From Tubiluchus corallicola (lineage: Eukaryota > Animalia > Priapulida), in contig JAQGDQ010002374.1 in the NCBI GenBank assembly GCA_030141605.1, forward strand, positions 1 to 64,000: a stretch of 64,000 bases of DNA. Reading direction: 5' to 3'. The first letter of the stretch is position 1. Every line of letters begins with the position of its first letter. A model generated the notes under the pieces. It was not told the DNA's origin. It saw only the letters and a program-made list of their open reading frames with translations, and ran no database searches. The position numbers and the translations under genes were made by a program. Shown piece by piece: positions 38,118-53,121 of the stretch.

Positions 38118-38547
38118 ACCTCCTGTCACTGACAGCTGTTATAAACTATCCTGTCCTAACCAAAGGCTACATTAGGTGCAAAAATGTGTTTAAACGACTA
38201 TCAAGGCTATTCTTCCAAGACGAGGCACTAAACCAGCAGTGGTGTCTTTGTCTCATTCGGAGTTCATCAAGTGTCATCATGTTAGGACATCATGCATCAA
38301 CAAAATAAACACCCAGAGACAGTAAGGTGAATGAATTGAGTGAGTGTTGGACCCGATGGTCACCGATATTTGTACTGAACAGGCTCAGTGATACTTAACT
38401 GACAATGTTGTTAAACTGGTGGTTGTCAAACAAACAATCGGCTGTTTCTTGAAACTCTTAATTGTGTTTGCTGCATTTTCACTTTTTCTGCTCAAGTCAT
38501 TAGTACAGGCTCTATAGCTTGTTCAATGATGTTTTCATTATCAAATA

Positions 38548-40210
38548 TAGTTATTAATTTAAAGGACAAGAAAATAGGTACCTAAAGTAGGTTTCACAAA
38601 AATGGCCTGAAAAATTATTCTGTTTGAATCCAATTTAATGTGTATATCGTACTCGCGTTAAAAGGAATTTTTTTGCTTATATTTTCAATCTCTCGCAACA
38701 CTGTTCCATCCGTTCCAATACATAACGTCACCTACTCAGACATAACTCAGGGGAGGAAAAGGCAATGTTAAATTATAACCCAAAAAACTTTCCATGAAAA
38801 TCTGTATTACTTACCACTTCGCTCACCTGCTGAAAAGACTTATGTGACTAAAAATTAAAATGTTCGTGCCAGAATAAGATGCGATTTGACAATGTTCCAC
38901 CAGCATTGCCACAGGGGGTACACAAGGCATCCTATTCACTTTGAAAATACTCACTCAAACAGTTTATGCAGCTAACATTAATTCTAAGTTCATCTGATTT
39001 TTTTATAATTCAAAATTATTCTAAGCCTTTCTGTTTGTGATTTTCCCGCATACAAGATGTCACTCTACAACTTATGGTTAGTAAATGTATTAACTCAAAT
39101 CAAACAATGCCTCATCTCATAACTTTTGGTAAAAATTGAGCTGCAATTACCCAAAACAATGGAAAAAATAATAAAGTCACGCACCCAACGTGAGCACACA
39201 GAAGAATGAATAAAATACGTTCTTAAATCTTGAAACACGTGTCTCCAGACTGCAGTGTCGTTGTTGTTAGGCCTAACAGCAATAAATTTTTACCAGCCCA
39301 ACCCTGTAAAAAATTTTGGCGTGGACAAATCACACCATACCACCATCCACACTACCCCACCCTCAACAAAACACACCACATCACACCATTCCACCGACAC
39401 GACCCACAACACACAATCCGTATCACACCACCCATAGCCTGCCACACCACATCACACAAACCGTACCATGCTACACCCACCACACCACCCACACTTGCCT
39501 CACCACTCACAAAAAACAATCCACTCCACATCATGTACACTATACATGAAACAAAAGAGACGTAAAGGATAGAAGGGGTTTGCTTCATGATAGTTCTGTA
39601 CTTTCATGCTATTACTTTAATAATCCAAAGTTTACTGGTTCGAATACAGGATAATGCGTACTTTTTTACTATACAATTTTCTTTCAAGTTCATTTGAAGT
39701 TTGACTGAATGAAGTATCACAATTAATGACTGAAAAAGGTCATAAATAATTTACTGTCATTGTGTCCGAGGGTATAGATACTTTTTCCATTGATCTCACC
39801 ATGCCTTGTTATTTTGTATCTGTGTTTTGAATTTAATAAAATCGAAAGTTGACATTTTTTGACCAGATGGCTGTTGCTCTCAAGCTGTAAAAAACTGGCT
39901 CCATTATGTCTGCTATGCATGAATACGAAGCATTCATTTCAGCTTTCAGGCCCTAGAGAAAATGCACATGACCTATATTCACCCACTCACTAGGCGTCGA
40001 CCCCACATAGCAATATACGCAGAAACTGTGACCCGAGTTCAACGTATTTAGCCATTAGGATAAAGCCAATGGAACTTGCGGACGCCTGCCCATCTGTGAC
40101 CTTTGACATCTTTCACAGCTTTGGCCTGGGGCTATTGGGTCACATTCAAGGCTAAATGAGCACCGCGAGAGACAAAAATAAAAAAGTATAAAAGATCAAA
40201 ATGCACATAA
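38548..40210 (+). repeat. Inter-gene spacer unit between B and C (long form)
   Basis: Near-identical to ~53550-55213 (offset ~15.0 kb) and inverted at 14515-16183. Confidence 0.8.
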
Positions 40211-40840
40211 AAATGCCCTAAAGAAATTTAATTCAAATGAGATTGTGTGTTCTTCTGTGAGACTTTCCATGATGCAGCACAAAGCAAAGTATTTCACATT
40301 AATCTTAACGACTCGGAATTTGCCCTAGCAGCAATTAAATTCAAGTTAGTTTTAGCAGTCACGTGTTAAGAAGAGATCCTGACAAACGAAATATCTCTGA
40401 TGTCACTACACCCTTCCCAACATGCACTAGAGTCGATCACTAGATTCCCTGGCACAAGACACTGTGACACAATCACTTTGCAATGATCAGCAGAGTTGAA
40501 AATGTAACAGCATGTCATTTGCGGGTTGCTTTGGTCACAGATGTTGAGCTTTTATTTTAGAGTACGTGAGATCAGAAATGTGGCTACATAATTAAAACTA
40601 ATTAAGCTACTGTTTTAAAATATCACTAAAAGTGATAATTATGTTGATATTTTTTGTAAGGTAGTCAAAATATCAAGAAAATATATTAAGGCGAGTTTAG
40701 AATTGTTTTATTTTGCCACTTTTCGATATTTAGTCACGCACTTGTGTGTTTGTATTCAGGCTGTTGTGTTTAATCAATGCACTTGTATTTCTAGTCATTT
40801 AATTGGATATTAATGTCAGTCTGTTACTTGATTCATGCAG

Positions 40841-43800
40841 GTTGCTGGAGATGCTAATGAACGACAGATCATAACATCACTGGAACACAACATGGACCGA
40901 GTTGTAGAGCTACTAAAGCCATTGAATGATTTACTTCAACTATATAGGACAAAGAAAGTGCGTTATAACCACCGCGCACTTGAGGTACAGTGAACATGAG
41001 TAAATTCACAATTATACTAATAGGGTAAAACATGTTGGTTTTAAAATCACTTTGAATTTTCTTTAATAACTGTAACTAGCGGATCATGTGCTTTGTTGTC
41101 AGACAAGCTTGTTAAACAGTATAAAGTAAACTACTTTCATTTTCTACACAAACTCGAGTATCTACATTCTCATTATGTTTTTATTATTCATTTGTTTATT
41201 TATTTTTGACATTTATACATATATTAAAATTGTGAGGATCCAGAGCATTACAAATGTTTACAACTTTTTCAGCAAATGAAAATTTTTTTGCTTTTAATCT
41301 CGAGAAAGACGTAAATAGTTTAAAGTTGTCACCACGCAAGTGATTGGTTGTAGCACACTAGAAAAAAATCATCAAAACTTAAACCCAGTATTTTACGACA
41401 AATTTTGTACACCATCATAAGATCACAGACAAGGCACCTCATTTCGAATGGCAACAATTCTAGTTCTGACAGTCTGTCTAAATAAGAAACCAAATTAAAC
41501 TGACATCATAGGAACAGCCTACGAGAAAAATATCCCTGAACCTTTTCAATGCTGTCAATATCTTGCATATGGTGAGGGGACCACACTGATGAGCAGTACT
41601 CCAACAAGGGATGCACATAATCTCTATAAGCAGTCAACAGTGCAGTTTTGTTTGTAGTATAGAAACACCGAAAAATCATATTTACCATACAAAATGCTTT
41701 AGAAACTATGGTTTTACAATGTGTTGAGAATTTCAAATCGGATGATACTGTAACACCCATGTGATTACATTTGTTACTATGCATAAGGCTGGGGGGGGGG
41801 GGTGCCATCAAGAAAATACTGAAGATAAGGATTTCCAAAGCCCTTATGGTGCATTTGTGCGCAGCTATATTTAGTTGCAATTTGTAGGACCAGTCTGTTA
41901 ATTGGCCAATAGCACAATGCAATAACAAATGTTGATACATTTTCAAATCATCAGCATATAATTTACAAGTAACAGGATCAAGAACTTCAGGAAATTGTAA
42001 ATAAATAAAGCAAACAATAGGGGTCCCAATATACTACCCTGTGTGGTACTATATATATATATATAGAAATATAGTATATATATTTCTCATAGACACAGAA
42101 ACAATTCTCATAGACCAATGTAACGAATATATATATTGGTCTATGAGAATTATTTATGTACATATTGTTTTCTCCTGTGAAAATTGTTAATTATTTATTA
42201 GCTGGGCAAGAATAGTTCTTTGCTGCAGAACAAAGCACGGAGAATTTTGACGAGTTTAATGAGCATTTAAGTCAGTTGGTTAAACTCTGAAACATGTTCT
42301 ATGAATGCCAAAACACCAAGTACATGTGCTTTATCCAGTGCATTTTTCATTATGTGTGGCATTGAACCACATTGTATCGATATCTAGAATGTAATGAGAA
42401 AAAACTTTCGCCACACATTCAAATTCAAAACATTTTACAGCGTTTTCTTGATCCACTAATGTAAAAAACATTTTATTTTTCAGTTGGTTCTATTAGCTAT
42501 GGAGACCCATGCTGATAATGAACAAGTGCAGATATCTGGGAGGTAAGAGCTATGTCAGTTTTATAGAGTTTGTACGTTTTACATAAATTAGTAATTCTCA
42601 TGTGCTAGGTTAATATCAGGTGGAAGTTTAACATAAAAATGTGTTAAGTATGAAAATGCTAGAGACAAATTATATAAAATGCTTAGATAGTTCAGCAAAG
42701 CAAATTTGTTTTTGTGTTTATAGTTAGTAACAAGATTTGAAAATTCATTTTTTTTGTATTTAGTGAGTTTCTGTTTCTCATTACGGAGAGTGATGAGATG
42801 CCAATTTTTACTGACGAAGAAAGAAGGTGAGTTAATTGTGAATGCAGTGCTATTTACTGCATATTTGTATGAAATAAGCCCTGTATTTATTGAGACATTA
42901 GAATGAATTGGTAAAGTGATTTAAAAGCTAGCTAGTCTTTCTTATATGCATTTGCTACACAGGATTTTAATTGTTTTTAATTGGATCGAGTCAATCGAAT
43001 TTAGTTCATTTAATTTAGTCAAATTTTCACAAAATGTGATTGGATAAAGGCAGTCTAGTTCGCATGCTTGCTGGAACTTTTAGTAGTGTTTTTCCCGGGT
43101 ATCACTATCATTGTGTTAAAACATTTTGCACAGGGTGGCCTGTAGCACTACTTTAATTATGGCGAATTTTTTCTAAATGTAGTAAACGACATACATTTTA
43201 TACATCGCCTATACTAAATATAATACTTTTTAAATATAAACTTTTTAGGAACACTTCTTGAAAGTTAATTATTGTATGTATATTTTGATGCAATAAAATT
43301 AGGTAACTAGTACTGCGCATGTCACATTGAAAACAGCTAGTTGGTGTTTTCAACATTTTAAAATCCAACAATAAATATGAAATTGTTTCTTAGGAGAATT
43401 ATTACTGCTTTATTGAATGGAATGGATTTGTTCAACACGGATTCAGCGGTATGTTATAGCTAGTAATTATTTGTTGCATTTCTACTTTGTGTTTGTGGCA
43501 CTGTGATAAGATAAGATGATGGATAATTTTTCACTCCAGAGATTGCTTAATCCTGTAGCTCAAGGGTGTGCAAATTATCTCACTAGCTGGTCCACATTAA
43601 ATTTTTCAGCAATTTCAGTGGGCCGCATGCAGTTTGGCCAAGGAGCCAAGAACCAGTAAGGCCTAATAGAGATTTTTTGGCATCTGATCTACAACACGCA
43701 TCATTGCTACTACACTGAGGAAAACTATTCTAGAAGTTATTAAATGTTAAAACTATAGAATTCATCTTTTTTGTCAGATATTGGTAATCTTATTACGATG

Positions 43801-46800
43801 CACATTAGCTCTGATTCTGATCTATAAGAACATTACACCTGATGAAATGCTGAGACAACCACTGATCGAGGTTAAACAGAAACTAAAATCTGGGAATCCC
43901 CCATATCAAAGGTGACCACACTTTAAGCTTGCAAGCTACCTATAAATTGATCGGCCCAGTCGCTTTCTTGGTCATAGTAGGTAGAACATTTTAACTTGGT
44001 TATTATATAAATAAAATATATATTATAAAATTGCCAAATGAAAATTATCTACTTACAATGACCAAGAGGACGACAAGGCTGATCCAACGCGCCCTATAAT
44101 AGAAGCCTGGAGATTGGCTGGTTGGTCCTCTTATTGGTGACTTTAGCTGGAAACAACCTCCTGATACTTGCGACTCAATTCATTGCCTGGGTCGCACTTT
44201 TATTAGTTTGACAAATCTTTTCACGGGCTGCACAACATTGCACAACATCTCTCGGCCGGCCGCAGTTTGCACACCTCTGCTGTAGCTGGAATTTATTGCT
44301 TTACTTGTGCTCCGAAACGAAACACATTTACCAAAAAGGAGTAATTGTCTGCTCAGTTATTTTTAATTTTATTTGTTTTTATAAGATTTGATTTGTTGTA
44401 TATTGTGTGTCATGTTATGTCAGCTAAAATCAGTCTTTTACCTCGTAATAAGATTAATAATAATTATCATTGGCAAATCTCTCAAAACTATAATTTTCAA
44501 AATGTGTAGATGCGCAGTTGGTGCTACTGTAGTTTGATAAGCTGAGTTAAGCAGCTTCAAATTAATTTGCCATTTTGTCTTCTTTCAGATGATGAGAAAC
44601 GGCATGGAAACTCTCAACAAATTTTTCATGCCTCATGATGTGGTACTTGTATTATTTGTTTTCATTTATAATATTAATTGTAATATAAATTAACTGTCCT
44701 GGGAGGTATTTTAATGCCATTTTTTAAGTTTTTTTCTGATGATTATAATCGTCTTGACAACGAAAGGATGGATGTGTAGTGGGTGAGGCTTCCAAACTTT
44801 TTCTAAACTATCTGCTTCCGAAAAGCCTTCATTGATGTTTCTCTTCTGCTTAAAAGGGTAATACAGATTCGAAGACAAATATGAATTTGAAAAATTTGTT
44901 GTAGCGCTTAGAAAGCAGCCCTGTTTTAATTAAATGGAATATATAGCTTTTTCTTTGTGTGCCTACACAAGCCTTTTTCACAACAGAAAAGTGAAGAACT
45001 AACTTTGTTCATGGTTTCGCTGGTTTTGCCTGAATAATTGAATGCTTTTCTAAATCTGAGCGATAATAAATAATCTTTGGTGTAGTTATTTGCATATAAG
45101 AAGTTGGTTGAAGTGTTGCTGAAGACAGTAAAAGAGCATCAGGATACTGGTATCCAAGAACTCAGCATCGACTTATTAAATCGCATCATTCATGGAGCAG
45201 ATGGTGAGCACAAGCAGCTAGTCGGTGAACATGGAGCTATAGAGGTATAATAATGCCTTTTTAAATCTATGTATCTAAATGTGTGGAACATATTAGTTAT
45301 TCTTTTGCTGTTATAAACCCATTGTCAATTACACGAAAGTTGCTTTTCTAGATATTTATTTTTCTTTAAATTTTCATAATGTGTCTCACAAATTAAAATA
45401 GTGAAAATATTTTTTGCTGTTTGATCTTGTGTTTCTTTTAACTTCTTCTTGCCACTTCTTGCCTTTTGATTTTTGTTAAACTTGGTTGAAGATCACAGCA
45501 GACTATATGAAAGAGAAGAAAAAACAAACATGATAAAACTGTTGCAGGTGGAATATTAACAAAATTAACAATAAAGTTATAAAATTGAATTTTGATATTG
45601 TAGATAATGCTAGATGTGATAACGAAGCGTCTAGAGACTCGAGTTTGCGATGATGTGATGCACTTTGCTTGGAAGACAATGTGGAATGTTACTGGTAAGT
45701 ATTGAGTACTGGTAGCTATATGATGTTAATTCATATGTTATATTACTTTACACCAGTTGTGCCATGTAAACTGGCCATTTTTTGTGTAGCTATGTTTTAG
45801 CAAATAATGTAATTGCATAAAATATGCAATTGCCAAAAGCTCTTACGTTTTTCTAAAGAATGAAGTTTGGTTCATAGAGAAAACGATGTTTGCTCAGTAA
45901 AGTTACAGTTAGTTGATGTTATACCCAGCTTTAACCGGCCTAATTTCTAACCTGCTATATAACCTCTCTACTAAGACATTTCTTAGCCTGCTGTTTTTTC
46001 GTCCTCGCCCACATGGTGATGTGTAGTTCGGCACGACCAACATGTCAGCGGATGAATATCTGTTAGACCAACCAGTGACACTGTCAGATGGAAAATACAG
46101 ATTCGTGAGTCACGATGTGAACCACAGATAAGTGTACCGAGAAGCTACGCAAAATTCAACGACGATGATGCAGGACAATTTTGTAGTTCGCAATGAGCTG
46201 CGCGAAGATTTTGCATAATGCTTATACGGAGCAAAGCGAAAAATAATAAACATAGCGAACTTTGTACGAATCTTCTAAAATAACAAAGACTGTTTGTACG
46301 ATCAGTGACGCATAAAGCTGTAATTACGGAGTTACATGATTAACTGTGTGCATATTGGTGATTGTGCGATAATTAATTATGGATGACCACAGCAATCCAG
46401 TTAATCCAGCAGGACTAGTGCCAACGTATATTTATGCTAATGATCTAAACGGCATCAAACAGCCAATGTTCATTTGGGACTCTAATGATGTGGCTCAACA
46501 GTTTAAGTCGTTCCGCAGATACTGTGTACTGATGCTAACCACTCCGGCTTATCAAAATAAGCCAGCAGCGGTAATTGTGAATTATATCCTACTATGGATG
46601 GGACCTCGTGCTGTAGAAATATTCAACAATTGGACACATTTATCCACAGATGATAAGCGAAATCCAACCACAGTGTTGAAAGCGTTCAATTTTTACTTTG
46701 AACCCAAAGCTAATTTTCGTTTGGCAAGGTTCCAATTACATAAGATGCACCAGGACAATAATGAGCCTGTCGACAGTTTTGTCACCTTAAGGTGCAAGCG

Positions 46801-49800
46801 AATAAATGTAATCTTGGGAATTTACAGGCAGTCGAGGATAGTATCATCGACCAAATTATTAAAGGCACCACACATGCAGCTGTACGCAAAAAACTTTTAG
46901 ATCAAGACCCAGCCAACTTAACACTGGATCGCACACTTGATCTAGCACGGATTTACGAGTCGACGCAGGTGCAGATGCAAACCTTTGAACAACATGTTGC
47001 AGAAATTAGTCGTAGTTCAAGTAACCACCGTCACAACTATTCCACTGATAGACCATGTGCAGTGTCCATGGTAGACAAGTTTGCCCAGCAAGAAATCAGA
47101 AATGCAACAAATGTGGCAGAACTGGACACTGGGGAAAGGTATGTCGTAGCACAAGAAACAGAAGTAGTTCCAGATCACGGCAAAGTCGAGCTAGAAGCAG
47201 AACAATGTGCAACAGAGCTCAAAGACCCAGTAGTAGCAAAACCCAGCAAAGTCGATCTCAAGATAAATCAGTGCATAGTTGTGACACCTTCAACCCAGAG
47301 GAGTTTGAACAGTTGTCGCTCTATTCGATTCATATCTACAGTAATCACATCAGTTCATCTGAGAGGAAAACTGAGGCATATGCAACGGTAAAAACTAAAC
47401 CATACATTGAATTGCCTACTCAACTCGCTAATCTGCGTGGCATAGCAGACACAGGCACACAAGGAAACATCCTACCAATTAGAGTGTTCAAGAAAATGTA
47501 CCCAAAACGTCATAGTAAACCCGTTAGTCTGATCGTAAACCTGATAGTCATGGTAAACCCGTTGAAATAAATGATTCTAAAACAGTGTTGACAGCGTACA
47601 ATGGTACCAACATACCACAGTATGGTGAAGTTACGTTTCCATGTCAGTCGCAGCAAGGAGACTGGAAGCAAACGACATTTTATGTAGCTGATACATCGAG
47701 ACCAGTCATCTTTGGTCTATCAACCTGTACAGAATTAGGACTTGTAACCCTTAACTGTACTGTGAACAAAACTGTGGGTAATTTTCCGTCGTACAATACA
47801 ATGCCGACAATTAATTCAGTGAATGACCTTAAAAGCTTGTATCCGGACCAATTTGAAGGTATTTTACTGTCTCCAGTGACATACACATTAACTGTAGATG
47901 CAACCGTCACCCCTGTCATACACGCACCAAGAAGGACACCTATCCAGTTAAAAGATAACATCAAGACTGAACTTGATCGTATGCAACAGTTAGGTGCTAT
48001 ACGTTCTGTGAACGAGCCAACCGATTACATACCTAAGTTTAGTGAACTTACAACACCACTTCGAAAACTGTTAGCAAAAGATGCCGAATTGCAATGGAAT
48101 CCAGAGCAACAAGCTGCTTTTGAGAATATTAAGAAAAGTATTTGCAGTGCAAATCAACTTTCATACTTTGATCCAAAAAAGCCAACAGTAGTTCAAGTGG
48201 ATGTGAGTCAAAACACTTTAGGGCTCCTACACAAGATGGCAAACCCATAGCTTTTGCTTCAAAGAGTCTTACCAATGCTGAACGTCGATATGCCAATATT
48301 GTACATGAATTACTGGCATGCGTATTTGGTGCTGAGCGTTTTCATACCTATGTTTACGGCAAACATTTCACTATCGAATCGGATCACCGACCACTAGACA
48401 TGATCGCAAAGAAGAACCTGACAGCAGCACCACCGAGATTGCAACGAATGCTCCTTCGACTGCAACGTTATGATTACGACATTACGTATAAACCTGGTAA
48501 AGACATGGTGTTAGCAGATAGACTATCAAGTATGTCTAAAAAAACGGGAGATAGACCAATAAATCTGGAAACCAGTGTATGCTTTGTACAATTCAGCACA
48601 GCGAAATTACAAGAACTTCGTGAAGCAATACTTCGAGACGAGAAACTCAGTACACTGACACATTGCGTACTAGGAGGTTTTCCAGGAAAATTTCGCGACA
48701 TGCCGAAAAAAATCAGAAGCTATTGGTCATTTAGAGATCAACTCAGCATAGAGGATGGTCTAGTACTAAAGGGTGAGCAGGTGATTATCCCAGAAAGTCT
48801 ACAAAAAGACTACCTTGCGAAAATCCATGAAGGTCATCTAGGTATCACAAGATGCCAACAAAGAGCAAGGTCGTGTATATATTGGCCGAAGCTAAATGAC
48901 GGTATTGAGCAAATTGTCAAAAGATGTAACGAGTGCCAAAGACACCAGCCATCACAGGCCAAAGAACCAATGGAAGAGTTAACTAGGGATGTACCCAATA
49001 TTCCATGGCATACCTTAGGAACAGACATTTTCACTTTGGAGGCCAAGAATTACCTCATTATAGCCGATTACCACTCCAAATTTCCGATAGTACAGCTAAT
49101 GCCAAATGACACTACTAGCAATGTTATCGCGAGAGCAACCAAGAAGATCTTTACCTTGTTTGGTATACATAATACGATAATCTCGGATATCGGTCCACAA
49201 TTTATTGGAAAGGGATATCAACAAATGGTGAAAGAACTCGGTATTAGCCATATTACTAGTTCGCCATTGCACTATCAGTCACATGGCTTCATTGAAAGAT
49301 TTGTAAAGACAGCAAAGGGACTCATAAAAAAGTTGCCGAAAAACATTGACGAAGCTCTGCTAACTTACCGCACAACTCCATTAGGAACTGGTATGCAGTC
49401 ACCAGCAGAACTTCTATTTGGTAGAAGGATTATGCATAACCTACCAGTATGTGTAAAAAGCCAAGCAACACTACAACATCGTGCCAATGAAAGGCAGTTA
49501 CAAAACATGAAGAGCTACTACGACCAGCATACGACAGTCTTACCAGAGTTGAAGCTGAACCAAACTATATTCTACCAAGATGTTGCTAAGAAAGTTTGGA
49601 CACCAGGTAGAATTGTTGGATATGGACCTGAACCTAGATCATACACAATTTAATGTTCCATCACTGGAAGAACACTGAAGAGAAACAGACTCTTCATACG
49701 CCCACGACAAGTCACATTTCAGGATGAGACGAGAGGTATGATGCAAAATGAAGATGATATCTACCTAAATACTTACCTTGAGAAATCCACAGACGTACCA

Positions 49801-52800
49801 GATACTTACCAAGGAAATTCCATGAATTCTTCATTATCTTCTAGATGTTATAGTATCACTGATAACACAGCAAAAACGACTACCACCAACAAGAACAAAC
49901 ATGGAGGTAACAACATTAACACTCGTAAGGGAATAACCAACAAGCAAGACAACATGTACCAACAGGAACAGGATACATTTAACAACATGGAACCTAGAAG
50001 GTCAGAAAGGTTAAGAAAGCCACCAGACAAAATGAAGGATTATGTTTGTAATTTTGTTTACACTCATTGAAATTACATGTTTACATATACAGTAGCAGGG
50101 TGCTATTTTTTCAGTTTGCAAATATTGTGCAACATTGTTTTTTTTTGCACTGGAATGATAAAACTTTGTGTGAATTTGAATTTAACAGTTATGTTGTAAC
50201 ATGCTGTGAATGATGATAAATAGCTGAAACTTTAAACAGTTACAAATTTTTTGTCAGAGTTTGACATTTGACCTTTTTATGCTTACTGTTTTGATGTGCA
50301 ATCTTTTTGCATAATGCAAATTTGTATTTCAAGGTAAACATTAGTTTGAGAAAATCTGCAAAGATTAAACAACAATTGAGATTGTAACTTTACTTCGTGT
50401 AATTTTACAGACAACTCTCTAATATTCAATTTTCAGGTAAATGATGACAGTTTGTTCTCATTTTAAATATGTCATATCTGCATCAGCTAGTAAAACTTCA
50501 TTTACGTTCTTGCATTTATAGATGTGAAATTGTAAGTTACAGAAAAATTCTGAACTCATTTTTATAACTTCTTAGAAAGGGGGATGTCATATCTGACACA
50601 CTGAAAAAGATCTACTGTGTGCAAGAATAATGTGTGCATCGTCGACCTGTAATGTGCCATGAATAGTTTGCAATCTATAATGTTCATCATAATAATAAAG
50701 CTTACTTAAATCTATTTGTGGATCTGTTTGCCTTACTATCTGCGGGATAACAAGAGAGTTTCATGTGGTTAATTTACCATGAAGCGTTTATTGTACTTAA
50801 TGTTATTATATTAGTATAAAATGTTTTGCATTGAAATTTGTTTTATCTAATTGTTATGCTGTAGAGTATGAATGTTGCTTCAGTCAGTTAACATGAGAAC
50901 TTGTTTGTTACTTTAGATGAAACGCCTTCAAACTGTCGTCGATTTTTGGAAGGAAATGGAATGCAATTGTTCTTGCAGTGCTTCAGGGTGAGTGATTCAT
51001 TAAGCAGATTTTTCCGATTTACAACTTATTAATTAGTCAAGTCAATTTTATAGTTAAATGACAGTGCTTGTTGCTTATGAATATTCCTAGTATCACAAAA
51101 TTGTTCTTGTTATTTTTTTAGATGTTTCCAGAGCGGGATGAATTGCTTAGAAGTATGATGGGTTTGCTAGGCAATGTGGCTGAAGTTACAGAATTAAGAC
51201 ATTATATGATGAAAACTGAGTACATCAGTGTTTTTAAGTGGGTAACATATTTTACTCAAGAGATGCTATTTTATGATGTTTCATTTTTACCACTTGATGA
51301 TGGTGCACAATGCTTGTCGTGCCATTTCAAGAAAGTTTAGGACATTAGTGTCACTAAATACTAAAATGCTGAGTCGTTTGAAATGTGAGGCAATCTGTTG
51401 GTTGGTTTGTCATGTTTATTGTTTGTAGAAGTTTCTTTTATTGACATAATTTTACACTCAAATCAAATAAGATTATTCTGTATAGTGTCTTTTAGTTGAT
51501 TTTTAAAATGTTATTGATTTTTTTATGTGATGCAGTGAGCTGTTGGACAGGACTAGTGATGGTATAGAGGTCAGCTATATGTCAGCTGGTGTTCTCGCTC
51601 ACATAGCTTCAGATGGGCCGAGCAGTTGGACAATAGAAAGTCCAAGAAGGGTTGATGTTTTGCTCCGAATGGAAATGGCTATTAAAAACTGGAGTCTGAA
51701 TGTAAAGCTAAGACTTAGATACAGGTGCTGGCAGAATAACTTGCCTTAATTAAATTTACGATATATTTCTTTCACATGAAGAAAGAGACATTAACTCGAT
51801 GGAAAGAAAACAATAATAATAATTTCATTTAGGACATAGTGCTGGGCTTAATTAACTCAGTACTTATTTCCAAGTTGATCCCAATTATTATTATCTGTCT
51901 GTGACTTCGATAAACCCACATGCTTGGTTGAAGAAGCAGCTGTATCATTTTTTAGTCTGGAATGACTCAGCTGGAGTTGAACCTGCATCCTCCAGGGTGG
52001 GAAACGAGGACACTACCAACTGAGCTATGCCGCCGATTTTAATAGACCAAAATGTGAAATATATAGGACTAAGGTGCTTTCAAGCTCCTGAATCACCAAG
52101 GAATGATCTTTTATTATGATTTTTTATTTAATTAGTTAAATGCATTTCTTTAGTAGACCATAATTTTGCTTTTTAGTGTGCTGACAACAATTAATGGTAA
52201 TTTGACGGACCTTGGAATTATTTACATAATGCAACCTGCCATTAAGAAAAACTAATATAAATTCTACTGCTTTACTGGGTATTACAAAAATGGCAAATTC
52301 ATTGCATGTCTCTTGAACTCCAATTTCTCTTTTTTATCTTTTTGTGAGTTGTAAAAACTAAAACGGGCACCTTTAATATTTTCAGAGCAGTGACGTCTTT
52401 TTAGCTTCATTCCACTTTGATGGAATTTTATTATATTTGCAGTTCATTTAAACCGATTCTTCGCTTGCTTCCTTGTTATGAAACACCTCTAGTTCAACAT
52501 TGGGCAGTGTGGACTCTTGCCAATTTTACAAAAGTTGATCGTAAGTGTTAATGAAATTAATTAATGCTTGACTTTGTGTAAAATTACAGCCTGTTTTTGT
52601 TTAATGAACAAAGTTAATGAAAGAGGTAATTGCTTGGTAATATTGATTACACCTATCTTTTAATTTGGAAACTAAAATAAAATTATAATGTGTTACTACA
52701 CCTCAAAGTGAATTGAGTTTGGAAATTGTCTGTTTTCTGTGTGTGAAATTTTAACTCCCCTAGCATTTCTGTTAAGGTTAGCCTTTCTATATTACTGTGA

Positions 52801-53121
52801 CTGCTCTTTCACTCTGATCCATTTTTAACATTACAGCCAACTACTGTTGTTGTTTAATTAGATTATAGACAGCTCTTTGTTGATTAAGTTGAGTTTTGCA
52901 TTGCAGCTAGCAAGTATTGCGGATTGATTAAAGCCAAAGGTGGATTAGAGCTACTGAATGCACTGATACGTCATCCGGCTCCGTACAGTCACATAAAGCG
53001 ACTTGCTCGCATTGTTCTGGTTAATTGTCGTGCTAGTGTAAGTGCATTACATTATTCATTCAGTGAGTCCCGTAACACTATTAAGAAGTGTTGCTTAATG
53101 CCTGTTCACAACTGTCAATGA
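40841..53121 (+). CDS. ZER1/ZYG-11-like ARM-domain paralog C, 12 exons, open, Gypsy insertion in intron 7
   Basis: Exons 40841-40984, 42484-42542, 42764-42826, 43394-43448, 44589-44642, 45086-45244, 45604-45694, 50917-50987, 51122-51237, 51536-51724, 52443-52540, 52907-53121; retains WNVTDETP and GLLGNVAEV. Confidence 0.85.
41240..42040 (-). mobile_element. CR1-like LINE fragment (copy C intron 1)
   Basis: ORF 41506..41946 with LEYCSSVWSP; YADD motif near 41950. Confidence 0.8.
45930..50752 (+). mobile_element. Defective Ty3/Gypsy LTR retrotransposon (gag, protease, RT-deleted pol, RNase H, integrase, 3' LTR)
   Basis: Gag with CNKCGRTGHWGKVC zinc knuckle, protease ADTGTQGNILP, RNase H VQVDVSQ...KPIAFASKSLT, integrase HEGHLG...CNEC plus core, several frameshifts; absent from the same intron in A, B and D. 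Confidence 0.92.
50585..50752 (+). repeat. 3' LTR (168 bp) of the intronic Gypsy element
   Basis: PPT AGAAAGGGGGA at 50574-50584, then TGTCAT...ATAACA with an internal AATAAA. Confidence 0.8.
51884..52034 (-). mobile_element. tRNA-derived SINE (copy C), same insertion as 22452-22601
   Basis: Reverse complement match including the A and B boxes. Confidence 0.7.

Larger units (their letters stand above)
20760..38650. repeat. Large inverted duplication: left arm ends 28870, right arm starts 30728, spacer ~1.86 kb
   Basis: Mirrored identical ORFs (28472+/30935-, 25200-/34207+, 27126+/32169- with one residue different); ...caaagtgcat (28870) mirrors atgcactttg (30728). Confidence 0.95.

Noticed and set aside
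40440-40570. Possible remnant of an upstream ZER1 LRR-end exon (SMSFAGCFG), also at ~30130, ~19780 and ~55500
   Set aside because: Similarity is too weak, with stops and no compatible donor phase; cannot be supported by eye
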